From the NCBI GenBank assembly GCA_963801165.1, contig CAWDDT010000005.1, positions 480,001-544,000 of the forward strand: a DNA stretch of 64,000 nt, read 5' to 3'. This document shows positions 40,000 to 48,803 of the stretch, piece by piece. Numbering within the stretch: the first letter of the stretch is position 1; each line of letters begins with the position of its first letter. The position numbers and the translations under genes were made by a program. The notes beneath the pieces were generated by a model that searched no databases, was not told where the DNA came from, and saw only the letters and a list, made by a program, of their open reading frames with translations. Origin of the DNA: an uncultured bacterium (GTDB lineage: Bacteria > Actinomycetota > Acidimicrobiia > Spongiisociales > UBA5794).

Positions 40000-41955
40000 C
40001 TAGTTTCTTCGCGCGCCCTCGGGCGACCACCACCGGGCAGCGTTTGCTGTGTTCCAACCCTGATGGGGGACGAAGCCTTGGATCCGGTCCGGCCAATAGG
40101 GGGCGAGCGACATCTGTCGGCGGACGATCGGGTAAACGACGGCGTTGTCGGCGAGGATCGTCTCGGCCTCGACGACGAGGTCTCTGAGGCGATCCGGGTC
40201 GAGCGTGGTCTGCGCCTCGGCGACGATGTCCGCATACCGTTGTGCCGGCCCGCCGACCGAAGACCAATCGAAGAGGATCTGGTCATTCGGCAGTGTCGGG
40301 TCGAAGGCCGACAGCTGGGAGGCGAGTTCCGGGAGCCCGTCGCCGGAGAAGAGCCGCAGAGCGAAGATGTCGTTTTGACCCTCCGGCAGGTTGATGTTGA
40401 AGAAATCCCAGGTGTAGTTGGTGGTTGCGTCCCATCCGGCGGTCACCAGCTGTGCGACCACCGCATCGCCGATAGCGATGGTCTCGTCGCCGGGGCTGCT
40501 CGTGTATACGGCGGTCGGCGGATCTGCCGAGAAGTCGCGGCCCGATGCCGCGCCGAGCCGGCCCAGTAGATCGCCGGTCCGCGTCGTATCGTCGTACTGT
40601 TGCCACACATCGAGATCGAGCCCGGGCGCGGCAGTACCAACGATCGACGTTGCGACTGGAAATCCGGTGTCGTTCGATATGGCATTCCGGTCGATCGCGC
40701 TCAGAACCGCCCGGCGGTAGAGCAACTCGGCGTTCAGAGAGTCGGGGTTGACGTCGAATCGGGTGTCCCTCATCTCGAAACCGATCACCTCGTAGAGCGT
40801 GTCCCAGGACTGTCCCAGAGCGAAACCTTCCTGGTCCGGATCGCCAAGCGAGCCCGTGTCGGAGGGGTAGATGAGGTATGGCAGCATCACGTCAACCGAC
40901 TGTGCGTTGAAGCTGGACAGAGGAGTGGCCGAGTCGCTCGCCGGGCTGTAGACCTGCATCTCGATGCCATCGAGATAGGGGAGCTGGTTGCCGTCCTCGT
41001 CGTACTCCCAGTAGTTGTTGTTGCGGCTGAAATGCAGAAGGCCGGGGAGCGTCTCCGGAGCTGAGGTCTTCTCGTATCCCTCGAAGACGAACGGCCCGCC
41101 CGATAGCCACGGGTGGTCGTTCCAATCATCGGCGAAAGTCGCGGCGGTCACGGTGTGAGCAGGAACCAGCCACGGGAAGAGCCGCTCGTAGCGCGGGTCG
41201 GGCCGGGTGAGCTGGAAGGTGACCGTGTCTCCGGTGCCGTCGAGTGTGTTCATATCGATGAGCGAGTGCAGATCCCGCAGATCGTGGTCGATCGGCAGGT
41301 TGTCGTTCATGATCAACTCGAGGGTGAAGGCGAAGTCCTCGTACGTAATGGGCGTGCCATCCGCCCACACCGCTCCCGGGTCGATGTGATAGGTGACCGT
41401 TGCCCGGCCGTCTGCCAGAACCACGCCCCCGTTGGCCGTGGTCGGGATCGGATTGACGACCCAGGGCTGCGCCTCGTTGGTTTCGGGGTCGATCCGGAAC
41501 GCACCCGGCACGGTGAGCCGGGCCACATCCGAAGCGTTGCCTGGATCGATGAGGGGGTTGATTGTCGCTACGCGGTGCAGCCCGTCTATGCCCTCGTAGC
41601 CATAGATCATGTCCGTGTTGGACGCCACTTTTACCACGCCGCCATAACCCGGTTCGGCGGCGAGAGCGGCCGTGGTTGTCGTGGTCTCGGGGAGGGTCGA
41701 CGTGGTTGTGGATGGCGCCGTCTCCGGGGCGAGCGTCGTCGTGGTGTCGGCCGGAGCGACATCTGGTTCGGTTCTCATGAACAAGGCGCCGACACCTACG
41801 ACAATCACGAGCGCCAGTGCCGAGGTGAGGACTACCGCGAGCACCCGGGCGCGTCGTCGTCGCCGGATGGTCCGTGCCAGATCGGGAGGGGAGAAACCGG
41901 CACCGGATCGGCGCGCCTCTGCACCCGCGCTGCGTCCGAGTTCGTCGCTGTTCAT
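40000..41955 (-). CDS. Anti-sigma-like membrane protein with extracellular family-5 solute-binding domain
   Basis: Short cytoplasmic N-terminus (PPDLARTIRRRRRAR), TM, Thr linker, then SBP_bac_5 motifs (WADGTPITYEDFAFT, SGGPFVF, RNNNYW, LPYLDGI, RRAVLSAIDR); ATGA overlap with the sigma gene. Confidence 0.75.
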   Translation of the reverse strand: MNSDELGRSAGAEARRSGAGFSPPDLARTIRRRRRARVLAVVLTSALALVIVVGVGALFMRTEPDVAPADTTTTLAPETAPSTTTSTLPETTTTTAALAAEPGYGGVVKVASNTDMIYGYEGIDGLHRVATINPLIDPGNASDVARLTVPGAFRIDPETNEAQPWVVNPIPTTANGGVVLADGRATVTYHIDPGAVWADGTPITYEDFAFTLELIMNDNLPIDHDLRDLHSLIDMNTLDGTGDTVTFQLTRPDPRYERLFPWLVPAHTVTAATFADDWNDHPWLSGGPFVFEGYEKTSAPETLPGLLHFSRNNNYWEYDEDGNQLPYLDGIEMQVYSPASDSATPLSSFNAQSVDVMLPYLIYPSDTGSLGDPDQEGFALGQSWDTLYEVIGFEMRDTRFDVNPDSLNAELLYRRAVLSAIDRNAISNDTGFPVATSIVGTAAPGLDLDVWQQYDDTTRTGDLLGRLGAASGRDFSADPPTAVYTSSPGDETIAIGDAVVAQLVTAGWDATTNYTWDFFNINLPEGQNDIFALRLFSGDGLPELASQLSAFDPTLPNDQILFDWSSVGGPAQRYADIVAEAQTTLDPDRLRDLVVEAETILADNAVVYPIVRRQMSLAPYWPDRIQGFVPHQGWNTANAARWWSPEGARRN

Positions 41956-42515
41956 GGCGCTTCCTCCATGGTTCCGAACCGTTTCGCCAGAGTCTCCCGG
42001 GCTCGGTGCAGGTGGGTCTTTACCGAGCCGGTGGTGATGCCGAGGATCCCGGCGATGTCTTCAACCGTGCGGTCCTCGACGTAATGCAGCGCCACGACTT
42101 GGGCCTGGCGGCCGGGGAGACGCCTGACGTCGGCCCAAAACTCGCTGGCTTCGACGCTCATCGTCGTTGCAGATCGCACCGGCCGCATCCGCAACAGGGC
42201 TTTAGCCTCTGCCCGCATGCTGCGGAATCGGGATATCGCCAGATTGGTGGCCACCCGGCGTACCCAGCCCTCCGGGTTGTCGAACTGGCCTACCCGCTCC
42301 CAATCGCGCTGGGCTCGCAAGAAGGCGTCCTGGGCTATGTCCTCGGCGGCGCTGTGGCTGCGGGTCAGAACCATGGTCAGGGTCGTGACCGCTCGATACT
42401 CACGGCGGTAGAACGAGCTGAAGTCGGGAACGGATCGCACGACCGGCACCGAGCCGTCCGGCTCGCCGTTCGCTGTACTCCCCACGACGCCTCCCCGTGG
42501 CAGAACGTTCTCCAC
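41952..42515 (-). CDS. ECF sigma-70 factor (actinobacterial SigE-like family)
   Basis: AEDIAQDAF, NPEGWVRRVATN, LPGRQAQVVALHY, GSVKTHLHRAR. Confidence 0.92.
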   Translation of the reverse strand: MENVLPRGGVVGSTANGEPDGSVPVVRSVPDFSSFYRREYRAVTTLTMVLTRSHSAAEDIAQDAFLRAQRDWERVGQFDNPEGWVRRVATNLAISRFRSMRAEAKALLRMRPVRSATTMSVEASEFWADVRRLPGRQAQVVALHYVEDRTVEDIAGILGITTGSVKTHLHRARETLAKRFGTMEEAP

Positions 42516-42523
42516 AAGCTAAT

Positions 42524-42550
42524 AACGCTCGAGACGGCTCGCACGGTTGA
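42524..42550 (-). promoter_or_regulatory. Putative autoregulatory ECF promoter
   Basis: Minus strand TCAACC-N17-CGTT ending 8 nt before the GTG at 42515. Confidence 0.5.
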
Positions 42551-42654
42551 CAGCCCGACCGAAAATGCACATTCGGGCCTGCGCATTCGCCGAGTCGCCG
42601 GTACCAAGCCTTTGGTTTACGCTCGCGATTTCGCTGCGTTCGTCGGAGGTAGGC

Positions 42655-43749
42655 GTGCGGCACGGATCCCGAATCTCGATGATGGTTGTGACAGTGATGC
42701 TGCTCGTGGGATGTGGCGGCGACGATGTGACGGCTACGACGAGCCCGCCGCCGGGGGATACCGCACCCGCGGGCACCGAAGACCCTGGTCTCGGTCCGGT
42801 CGGCGGCGAAGAATGGCCGGATGCCATACCGGGCGACATCCCGGTCCTCGCCGGTGAGATCACCATGGTCATGGCGGACAGCACCAAAGTCAGGCTGTTC
42901 TACGCCGGCGTCTCGGACGACGATCTGCGCGGCTACCTGGACCAGCTCGAATCGCTCGGCTACGACCTCGAGTACGTCGTCTACGAGACACCCGGAAACC
43001 CCGGGCGCGCCCAGGAAAGGGCCGATGCCGGAGAGTGGGACGCGGTCCGGGCGACCAAGGGCGACTACCACCTCGGTCTGGAGTTCGGCGCGGGCACCGG
43101 GACGTTCGACATCGGCGGCATCCCGATGGACGGGCTCGGCCCCGATACCGCCTGGCCGGAGGCATGGTCCGGGGTCCCCGCGCCCAGCGGGCTGCCGATA
43201 AGCCAGGTGACCGATCTCGGCGCCAACGGACCGCTGGTCGAAGTCGCTTACGAGACGGACGACGACATCACCGCCTACGTGGCCGAGCTCGAGGCTGCCG
43301 GATTCACCGTCACCGACCGCTCATACGACCAGAACGACAAGATCATCAGTGTGACCGTCGGCGACGGTGACCACGACGTCCATATGCGCACCTATCCCGG
43401 TGGGCGGCTCGAGATTTCGGTGTCGGAAGCAACGATGGCGCCGAAAAGCGAAGGTGCCGCCCCCGGCGTGGCGACCAGGGAGTTCCCCGAATGGCTACCG
43501 CAGGTCCCCGGTGGCGAGCTGATCACCGCGACCGACGAAGGAGAGAACAGCTTCACGGCAGTCGTGACGATCGGGGACGGCCATACCGTTGCCGAGTATG
43601 TGCAGGTCCTGATCGACGCCGGTTATGCGGAGACCGGCACCATGCTTGCGGGCCACATTCTCAGCGACGGCTCTCGAACCGTCACCATCTACGGCGACGA
43701 CGGCGGGCTGCCACCCCTCCAGATCATGATCGACGTGAAGCCGAGCTAG
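42655..43749 (+). CDS. Lipoprotein with three internal repeat domains
   Basis: SD GGAGG plus GTG; lipobox LVGC; repeats WPDAIP/WPEAWS/FPEWLP each followed by Y...L...G(Y/F). Confidence 0.75.
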   Translation: MRHGSRISMMVVTVMLLVGCGGDDVTATTSPPPGDTAPAGTEDPGLGPVGGEEWPDAIPGDIPVLAGEITMVMADSTKVRLFYAGVSDDDLRGYLDQLESLGYDLEYVVYETPGNPGRAQERADAGEWDAVRATKGDYHLGLEFGAGTGTFDIGGIPMDGLGPDTAWPEAWSGVPAPSGLPISQVTDLGANGPLVEVAYETDDDITAYVAELEAAGFTVTDRSYDQNDKIISVTVGDGDHDVHMRTYPGGRLEISVSEATMAPKSEGAAPGVATREFPEWLPQVPGGELITATDEGENSFTAVVTIGDGHTVAEYVQVLIDAGYAETGTMLAGHILSDGSRTVTIYGDDGGLPPLQIMIDVKPS

Positions 43750-43782
43750 GTCCCGAGCCTCCGGCTGCTCCGCGTCGTCGGC

Positions 43783-44769
43783 TCAGAGCTCGTTGCCCGA
43801 CTCGTGACCCTCGGCGAATGCGGTGATATTGGCGATGGTCACGTGGGCAATCGCTTCGAGCGCTTCGGCGGTGAAGAAGGCCTGGTGGCCGGTGATGAGG
43901 ACGTTGGGGAATGTGAGCAGCCGGGAGAACATGTCGTCCTGGATGACGGTGTCGGAGAGGTCCTCGAAGAACAAGTCGCCCTCCTCCTCGTAGACGTCGA
44001 GCCCGAGGTAGCCGATCTTGCCCGTCTTGAGCCCCTCGATGGCCGCCGCGGTGTCGATGAGAGCGCCGCGGCTCGTGTTGACCAGCATCACGCCCGTCTT
44101 CATGTTGGCGATGGCGTACGAGTCGACGATGTGGTGTGTCTCAGGTGTCAGCGGGGCGTGGAGCGAGATGACGTCGGCCTGCTCCCAAAGTTGCTTCAGT
44201 TCAACGTATTCGAGGCCGAGCTCGACGGCATCCGGGTTCTGGTGGACGTCAGAGCCGATGAGGCTGCACCCAAAGCCGTGCAGAAGGCGTGCGACCGCAA
44301 CCCCGATCTTGCCGGTGCCGACCAGCCCGACGGTTCGGCTGCCCAGGTCGAAACCGAGCAACCCGTCGAGCGAGAAGTTGCCCTCACGAACACGGGCGTG
44401 GGCACGGTGGATCTTCCGGTCGAGGGCGAGCATTAAGGCGACCGTGTGCTCGGCGACCGAGCGGGGTGAGTATGCGGGCACCCGCACCACCGTCAACCCG
44501 AGGCTCTTGGCCGCGTCCAGGTCGACGTTGTTGAACCCGGCGCTGCGCAGGGCGATCAGCTTTGGCTCGCTTCTGGCCAGCCGTAACAAGGTCGCGGCGC
44601 CAAGGTCGTCGTTGACAAAGGCACACACCACGTCGAACCCGTCGGCGAGCGAGGCGGTAGATCGGTCGAGGTGGGTTTCGAAGAACTCCAACTCGTGGCC
44701 GGAACCGGCGGCTGCGTCGCCGAGAAACCGCTTGTCGTATGGTTTGCTGCTGAACACTGCTACCCGCAT
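43783..44769 (-). CDS. ldhA: D-2-hydroxyacid dehydrogenase (D-lactate dehydrogenase-like)
   Basis: LRSAGFNNVD, RVPAYSP, VGTGKIG, NTSRG, LDVYEEE, TGHQAFFT. Confidence 0.9.
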   Translation of the reverse strand: MRVAVFSSKPYDKRFLGDAAAGSGHELEFFETHLDRSTASLADGFDVVCAFVNDDLGAATLLRLARSEPKLIALRSAGFNNVDLDAAKSLGLTVVRVPAYSPRSVAEHTVALMLALDRKIHRAHARVREGNFSLDGLLGFDLGSRTVGLVGTGKIGVAVARLLHGFGCSLIGSDVHQNPDAVELGLEYVELKQLWEQADVISLHAPLTPETHHIVDSYAIANMKTGVMLVNTSRGALIDTAAAIEGLKTGKIGYLGLDVYEEEGDLFFEDLSDTVIQDDMFSRLLTFPNVLITGHQAFFTAEALEAIAHVTIANITAFAEGHESGNEL

Positions 44770-44873
44770 GGCGACGAGTGTAAGGGGCGGGGAACGGGCC
44801 GCAGCACGGTTTGTGAGCCCCGGGATGGATCGCATTTGTGTAGGTACAATCGGCCGACAGCGAGGGAGGTGCC

Positions 44874-45653
44874 ATGGCCACTACGACTACTCAGGATGGC
44901 GCAAGCGTCTACTACGAGACCACCGGGACGGGAACGCCCGTTGTGCTCGTCCACGGCATCACCGAGTCGTGCCGAACCTGGGATCCTGTGAGAGATCGAC
45001 TAGTCGACGCAGGCTATCGGGTCATCGCTCCCGACCTGCGCGGCCACGGGCAGTCTTCGCCTCATCCCCCGTACGATCTCGGCTCGCTTGTCGGGGACAT
45101 CATCGCCGTGGTGACGGCGGAGGGTCTCAGCAACCCGAGGGTGGTGGGGCACTCGCTGGGCGGTGCGGTTGTCTCGGCGCTCGCCGGGGCATTTCCCGTC
45201 GAGTCGGCCGTCAACGTCGATCAGTCTCTGAAGCTGGACGACTTCCAGGACCAGCTGAAGCAAGCGGAACCTGCGCTGCGGGACCCCGCTTCGTTCCCGA
45301 TGGTCATCGAGGGGCTTTTCGGCCAGCTGGCCGGGGACGCGATCCCCGCAGAGGAGTGGCAGCGAGTGCAGAGCCATCGCCGCGCCGATCAGGACGTCGT
45401 GCTCGGGGTATGGGACCTGGTGCTGACCGCACCACGTGAGGAGCTGGCTGCGGCGGTGGAGGGCGCCGCGTCGGGTGTGTCTTGCCTGTATCTATCGCTG
45501 CACGGCATCGATCCCGGCGACGAGTACAAGGACTGGCTCCAGCGGCTCGTACCTCAGGCTGAAGTCGAAGTCTGGCCCGGTCTCGGGCACTACCCCCATC
45601 TGGTTGAGCCGGATCGGTTCGTCTCCCGTCTCCAAAGCTTCTGGGGCGACTGA
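44874..45653 (+). CDS. Alpha/beta hydrolase
   Basis: VLVHG, DLRGHG, GHSLGG nucleophile elbow, GHYPH. Confidence 0.92.
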   Translation: MATTTTQDGASVYYETTGTGTPVVLVHGITESCRTWDPVRDRLVDAGYRVIAPDLRGHGQSSPHPPYDLGSLVGDIIAVVTAEGLSNPRVVGHSLGGAVVSALAGAFPVESAVNVDQSLKLDDFQDQLKQAEPALRDPASFPMVIEGLFGQLAGDAIPAEEWQRVQSHRRADQDVVLGVWDLVLTAPREELAAAVEGAASGVSCLYLSLHGIDPGDEYKDWLQRLVPQAEVEVWPGLGHYPHLVEPDRFVSRLQSFWGD

Positions 45654-45666
45654 GCGACGTTCCTGC

Positions 45667-46596
45667 TCAACCCATAGCAACGGCGAGGATGGGGCGGAGG
45701 ATGCCGACGAGGGTCTTTGCGTGGCGCCCGTCCGGGTCGAGGTCGGGGTCGAATACGCTCACATCCAATCCGAGGCACCGCCGGTTCGTCGCCAGCGCAC
45801 GTATCAGCGCCGCGAGCTGGTCGGGATAGACACCGTCCGTGTTCGGTGAATCGACCGCGGGCATCACCGACTCATCCAGGATGTCGGTATCGAGATGAAT
45901 CCAGAATCCGTCGAGGCCCGGCTTGGTGACGTGATCGAGCATGAGCTCGCCGATACCTGCAGGATCGGAACGGATCCGATCCGATGTCCATACCGGCATC
46001 CCGAGATGGGCCAGCTCGTCGAGGTCTGCATCCGGGTCGTCGGCACGCATCCCCGCCACGGCGATGTCTGTTGTCTTGACGTAGGGTCCCCGGGCTTCGA
46101 GGTCGACGAGACGTGCATCTCCCCGGCCGGTGACGATCGCCAGGTCCTCCCCGGCGGCGGCACCGATGTCGTCCGAGTTGCCGGGATGGCGGAAGTCGTC
46201 ATGACCGTCGAGAAACGCCAGCCCATGCCTGCCGAGTCGTGCCAACCCGAGCATGATCCCGATCAGGTTGCTGCAATCGCCGCCGAGCACCAGGGTGAAA
46301 GCGCCGGGCGGCGCCATCGTGACCCGGTCCGCCAAGAGGAGAGACACGGCGGCGATGGCCTCAGCGTTGCGATCACCGGTGCCGGGCTCCCAGGTCGCTT
46401 CGTACCGGGGCGGGACAACCGTTCCGAGAGAGTGGGTCGCCAGGCCTTCCAGCAAGCCCGCCTCCCGGAGTGCCCAGCCGAGCTTGTAACAGCCGGGCAC
46501 GGTTCCCGGTTGGGGCGGGCGAAGGCCCAGATTCGAAGGCGAATCGATCACATACAAGGGCCGACCGGGGGTTGCGGGCATCTCAGTTGCGGGCAT
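45667..46596 (-). CDS. Arginase/ureohydrolase family protein
   Basis: LGGDCS, DGHDDF, HLDTDILD, PAVDSP, FDPDLD. Start ambiguous (46581, 46596 or 46611) because of a 15-bp duplication. Confidence 0.88.
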   Translation of the reverse strand: MPATEMPATPGRPLYVIDSPSNLGLRPPQPGTVPGCYKLGWALREAGLLEGLATHSLGTVVPPRYEATWEPGTGDRNAEAIAAVSLLLADRVTMAPPGAFTLVLGGDCSNLIGIMLGLARLGRHGLAFLDGHDDFRHPGNSDDIGAAAGEDLAIVTGRGDARLVDLEARGPYVKTTDIAVAGMRADDPDADLDELAHLGMPVWTSDRIRSDPAGIGELMLDHVTKPGLDGFWIHLDTDILDESVMPAVDSPNTDGVYPDQLAALIRALATNRRCLGLDVSVFDPDLDPDGRHAKTLVGILRPILAVAMG

Positions 46597-46597
46597 C

Positions 46598-47236
46598 TCA
46601 GTCGCCGACATCGAGTGTGACGCCGAGGGCGGTCGGAGATGCGGTCACGTGCGACAGGTCAGCCACGCGAGCCGCCGGGGTTGACGACCAGGGCTGGTCG
46701 CCCACAGCGATCACCGTCGCCCCAGCAGCCTTGCCGGCCTCACCGCCCGGGCTTGAATCCTCGAAGACAACGCTCTCCGCGGGGTCGAGACCGAGCAGAG
46801 CGGCGGCTCTGAGATATGGCTCTGGATCGGGTTTGCCGGCGGCGACGTCGTCCGCGGTAATCACCTTTGGCGGAACCGGGATACCGGCGCCGCGCCAGCG
46901 GGCCTCGGCCAACCGGGTGCTCCCGGAGGTGACGATCGTCCAGACTCCATCGGGGAGGCGGTCGAGCAGTTCGATCGCTCCCTCCAGGGGTGTGCATGCG
47001 GCTGCCATGTCCACCTCTATGTCCTCCAGCCGGTCGACGGCCCGCTGTAGGGAGTCGTCGGGAAGGTGGTGGCGCAACGTGTCCTCAGCGCGCACCCCGG
47101 TGAATTGGCCGGAGAGCACGTCGAAGTCGAGACCGAACTCTTCGGCAAGCTGACGCCAGGCTGCATTCACCAGGTAATGGCTGTCGATGAGGACGCCGTC
47201 GCTGTCGAACAGCAATGCCGCTGCTTCAATCCGCAT
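46598..47236 (-). CDS. HAD-IA family phosphatase
   Basis: LLFDSDGVLIDS, IVTSG, GKPDPEPY, FEDS. Confidence 0.92.
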   Translation of the reverse strand: MRIEAAALLFDSDGVLIDSHYLVNAAWRQLAEEFGLDFDVLSGQFTGVRAEDTLRHHLPDDSLQRAVDRLEDIEVDMAAACTPLEGAIELLDRLPDGVWTIVTSGSTRLAEARWRGAGIPVPPKVITADDVAAGKPDPEPYLRAAALLGLDPAESVVFEDSSPGGEAGKAAGATVIAVGDQPWSSTPAARVADLSHVTASPTALGVTLDVGD

Positions 47237-47281
47237 GTCGGCAACTGTAGGCGGGTTTGGATGACGAACTGGATCGGGCGG

Positions 47282-47509
47282 TCAGGCCGCGACCCGGAAG
47301 CTCCTCAAAGCCTGCATGGCTCGTGCCAACGCTCGCATCCGCACCGGCTCCGGTTGCCCTGGATCGGCAAGGATTCCGGCGATGGCCGGCAGCGCTCCGG
47401 TCCGAACGAGCAACTCTCCGATTGCGGGAAATGCGGGATCATCGTTGCCGATTCCCTGGATGAGGATACGTCGCTCCAGCCGATCGAGCATTTCTGAGTA
47501 GGGGTTCAA
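47282..47509 (-). CDS. Small hypothetical protein divergent from the LysR gene
   Basis: SD AAGGAG followed by TTG; 75 aa. Confidence 0.55.
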   Translation of the reverse strand: MNPYSEMLDRLERRILIQGIGNDDPAFPAIGELLVRTGALPAIAGILADPGQPEPVRMRALARAMQALRSFRVAA

Positions 47510-47581
47510 GTTGGCTCCTTTTCAAATACCAACATACCGCTACAGGAGTATGAGTAATAGCGATCATCTCTTGATATAACA

Positions 47582-47596
47582 ATAAGCCGCGCTTAT
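47582..47596. promoter_or_regulatory. LysR-type operator
   Basis: ATAAGC-CGC-GCTTAT palindrome with T-N11-A geometry in an AT-rich divergent promoter. Confidence 0.6.
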
Positions 47597-47605
47597 AGTC
47601 AGGCC

Positions 47606-48538
47606 ATGAAGTCGTTTGCAGAGAGTCCCTTCCGAGACCTCGAGCTGCGTCATCTCGAGGCACTTTGCGCAGTTGCCACGGCGGGGACCTTCGGCAGGGC
47701 AGCAGCGCAGCTCGGCTACACGCAGTCGGCGGTATCGCAGCAGATCGCCGCCCTGGAACGAATTGTCGGCGAGCGTGTCTTCGATCGGCCCGGCGGTCCC
47801 AAGCCGGTGCAACTGACGGCGGCGGGCAAGATGCTGCTGAGCGACGCAGAGCAGGTGCTCGATCGGGTTTCGCGCCTGACCCGAGATGTTGAGGGTTTCA
47901 AGGCAGGCACCAGCGGGAGGATCGAGCTTGGCGTGTTCCAGTCGGTGGCCGTGAAGGTGGTGCCAAGGGTTGTCGGGCGGCTGCGGGAGGTCTCTCCTGG
48001 TGTCGATGTGCGTCTCTACGAGGCCCGCGACGACTCCGAGTTCGTCACCATGGTGGCCAGCCACGAGCTCGACCTCGCCTTTCTGGTGGGTGCCCCTGCG
48101 GATGCTGGCCTCGAGATCCGTGACCTTGTCAGCGACCCGTTTGTTCTCATTGTTCCCCGCGGTCATCCACTCGGGGACACGGTGACGACTCTCGATCTCC
48201 GTGGACGACCTCTGATCGGCCAGCCCGGCGAGGATTCGTGCCAGCGGAAGATCGATGCCGGCTTGACCGCCGCCGGGGTCCGCCCTGAGTATTTCTTCAG
48301 GACAACCGACAATGCTGCGATGCAGTCGATGGTCCGCGCCGGCATGGGCGTGGCAATCGTGCCCTACCTTGCCGTGGACACCAACGACCCCGACATCCGC
48401 ATCTGCACCCTCGACCCGCCGATTCCCGCCCGGGAGCTGAAGCTTGTCATTGGATCAGACCCGTCCCCGGTGACGAGACAGTTTGTCGAGCTCACCGTCG
48501 AGTTCTGTCACGACGCCCTCAGCGGCGCCCCGGTGTGA
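47606..48538 (+). CDS. LysR family transcriptional regulator
   Basis: GTFGRAAAQLGYTQSAVSQQIAALE, LTAAG, VRAGMGVAIVP. Confidence 0.95.
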   Translation: MKSFAESPFRDLELRHLEALCAVATAGTFGRAAAQLGYTQSAVSQQIAALERIVGERVFDRPGGPKPVQLTAAGKMLLSDAEQVLDRVSRLTRDVEGFKAGTSGRIELGVFQSVAVKVVPRVVGRLREVSPGVDVRLYEARDDSEFVTMVASHELDLAFLVGAPADAGLEIRDLVSDPFVLIVPRGHPLGDTVTTLDLRGRPLIGQPGEDSCQRKIDAGLTAAGVRPEYFFRTTDNAAMQSMVRAGMGVAIVPYLAVDTNDPDIRICTLDPPIPARELKLVIGSDPSPVTRQFVELTVEFCHDALSGAPV

Positions 48539-48561
48539 CTCCGCCGGTGCGGCCGCTTCTT

Positions 48562-48597
48562 GCGTCGCAAACCGGAATATGTTCCGGTCTCCGACGC
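48562..48597. terminator. Hairpin after the LysR gene
   Basis: GCGTCG-caa-ACCGGAA-tatg-TTCCGGT-ctc-CGACGC; no U-tract. Confidence 0.4.
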
Positions 48598-48684
48598 CAG
48601 AGTGGGCCCCGATGTAGACGAGATCGGTGTCGGTCGCCGTACCTGGTAGTCGCCGGAAACCTGGCTCGGCGGAGGGGGCTGGTC

Positions 48685-48754
48685 GGGACCAACGCTCTAC
48701 CGCCGTCCGGCCCTTCGGAATGGGGCGATTGCCCCTCATACGGACTACGGTCAC
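48685..48754. promoter_or_regulatory. Cluster of DosR/DevR-like boxes
   Basis: GGGACCAACGCTCT (48685), GGGGCGATTGCCCC (48722), CGGACTACGGTCAC (48741) compared with consensus GGGNC-N4-GNCCC. Confidence 0.55.
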
Positions 48755-48803
48755 CACCGAAACTGGGTGCACCGTCCCTAGAGAGCAGTGGAAAGGTGGT
48801 CCG

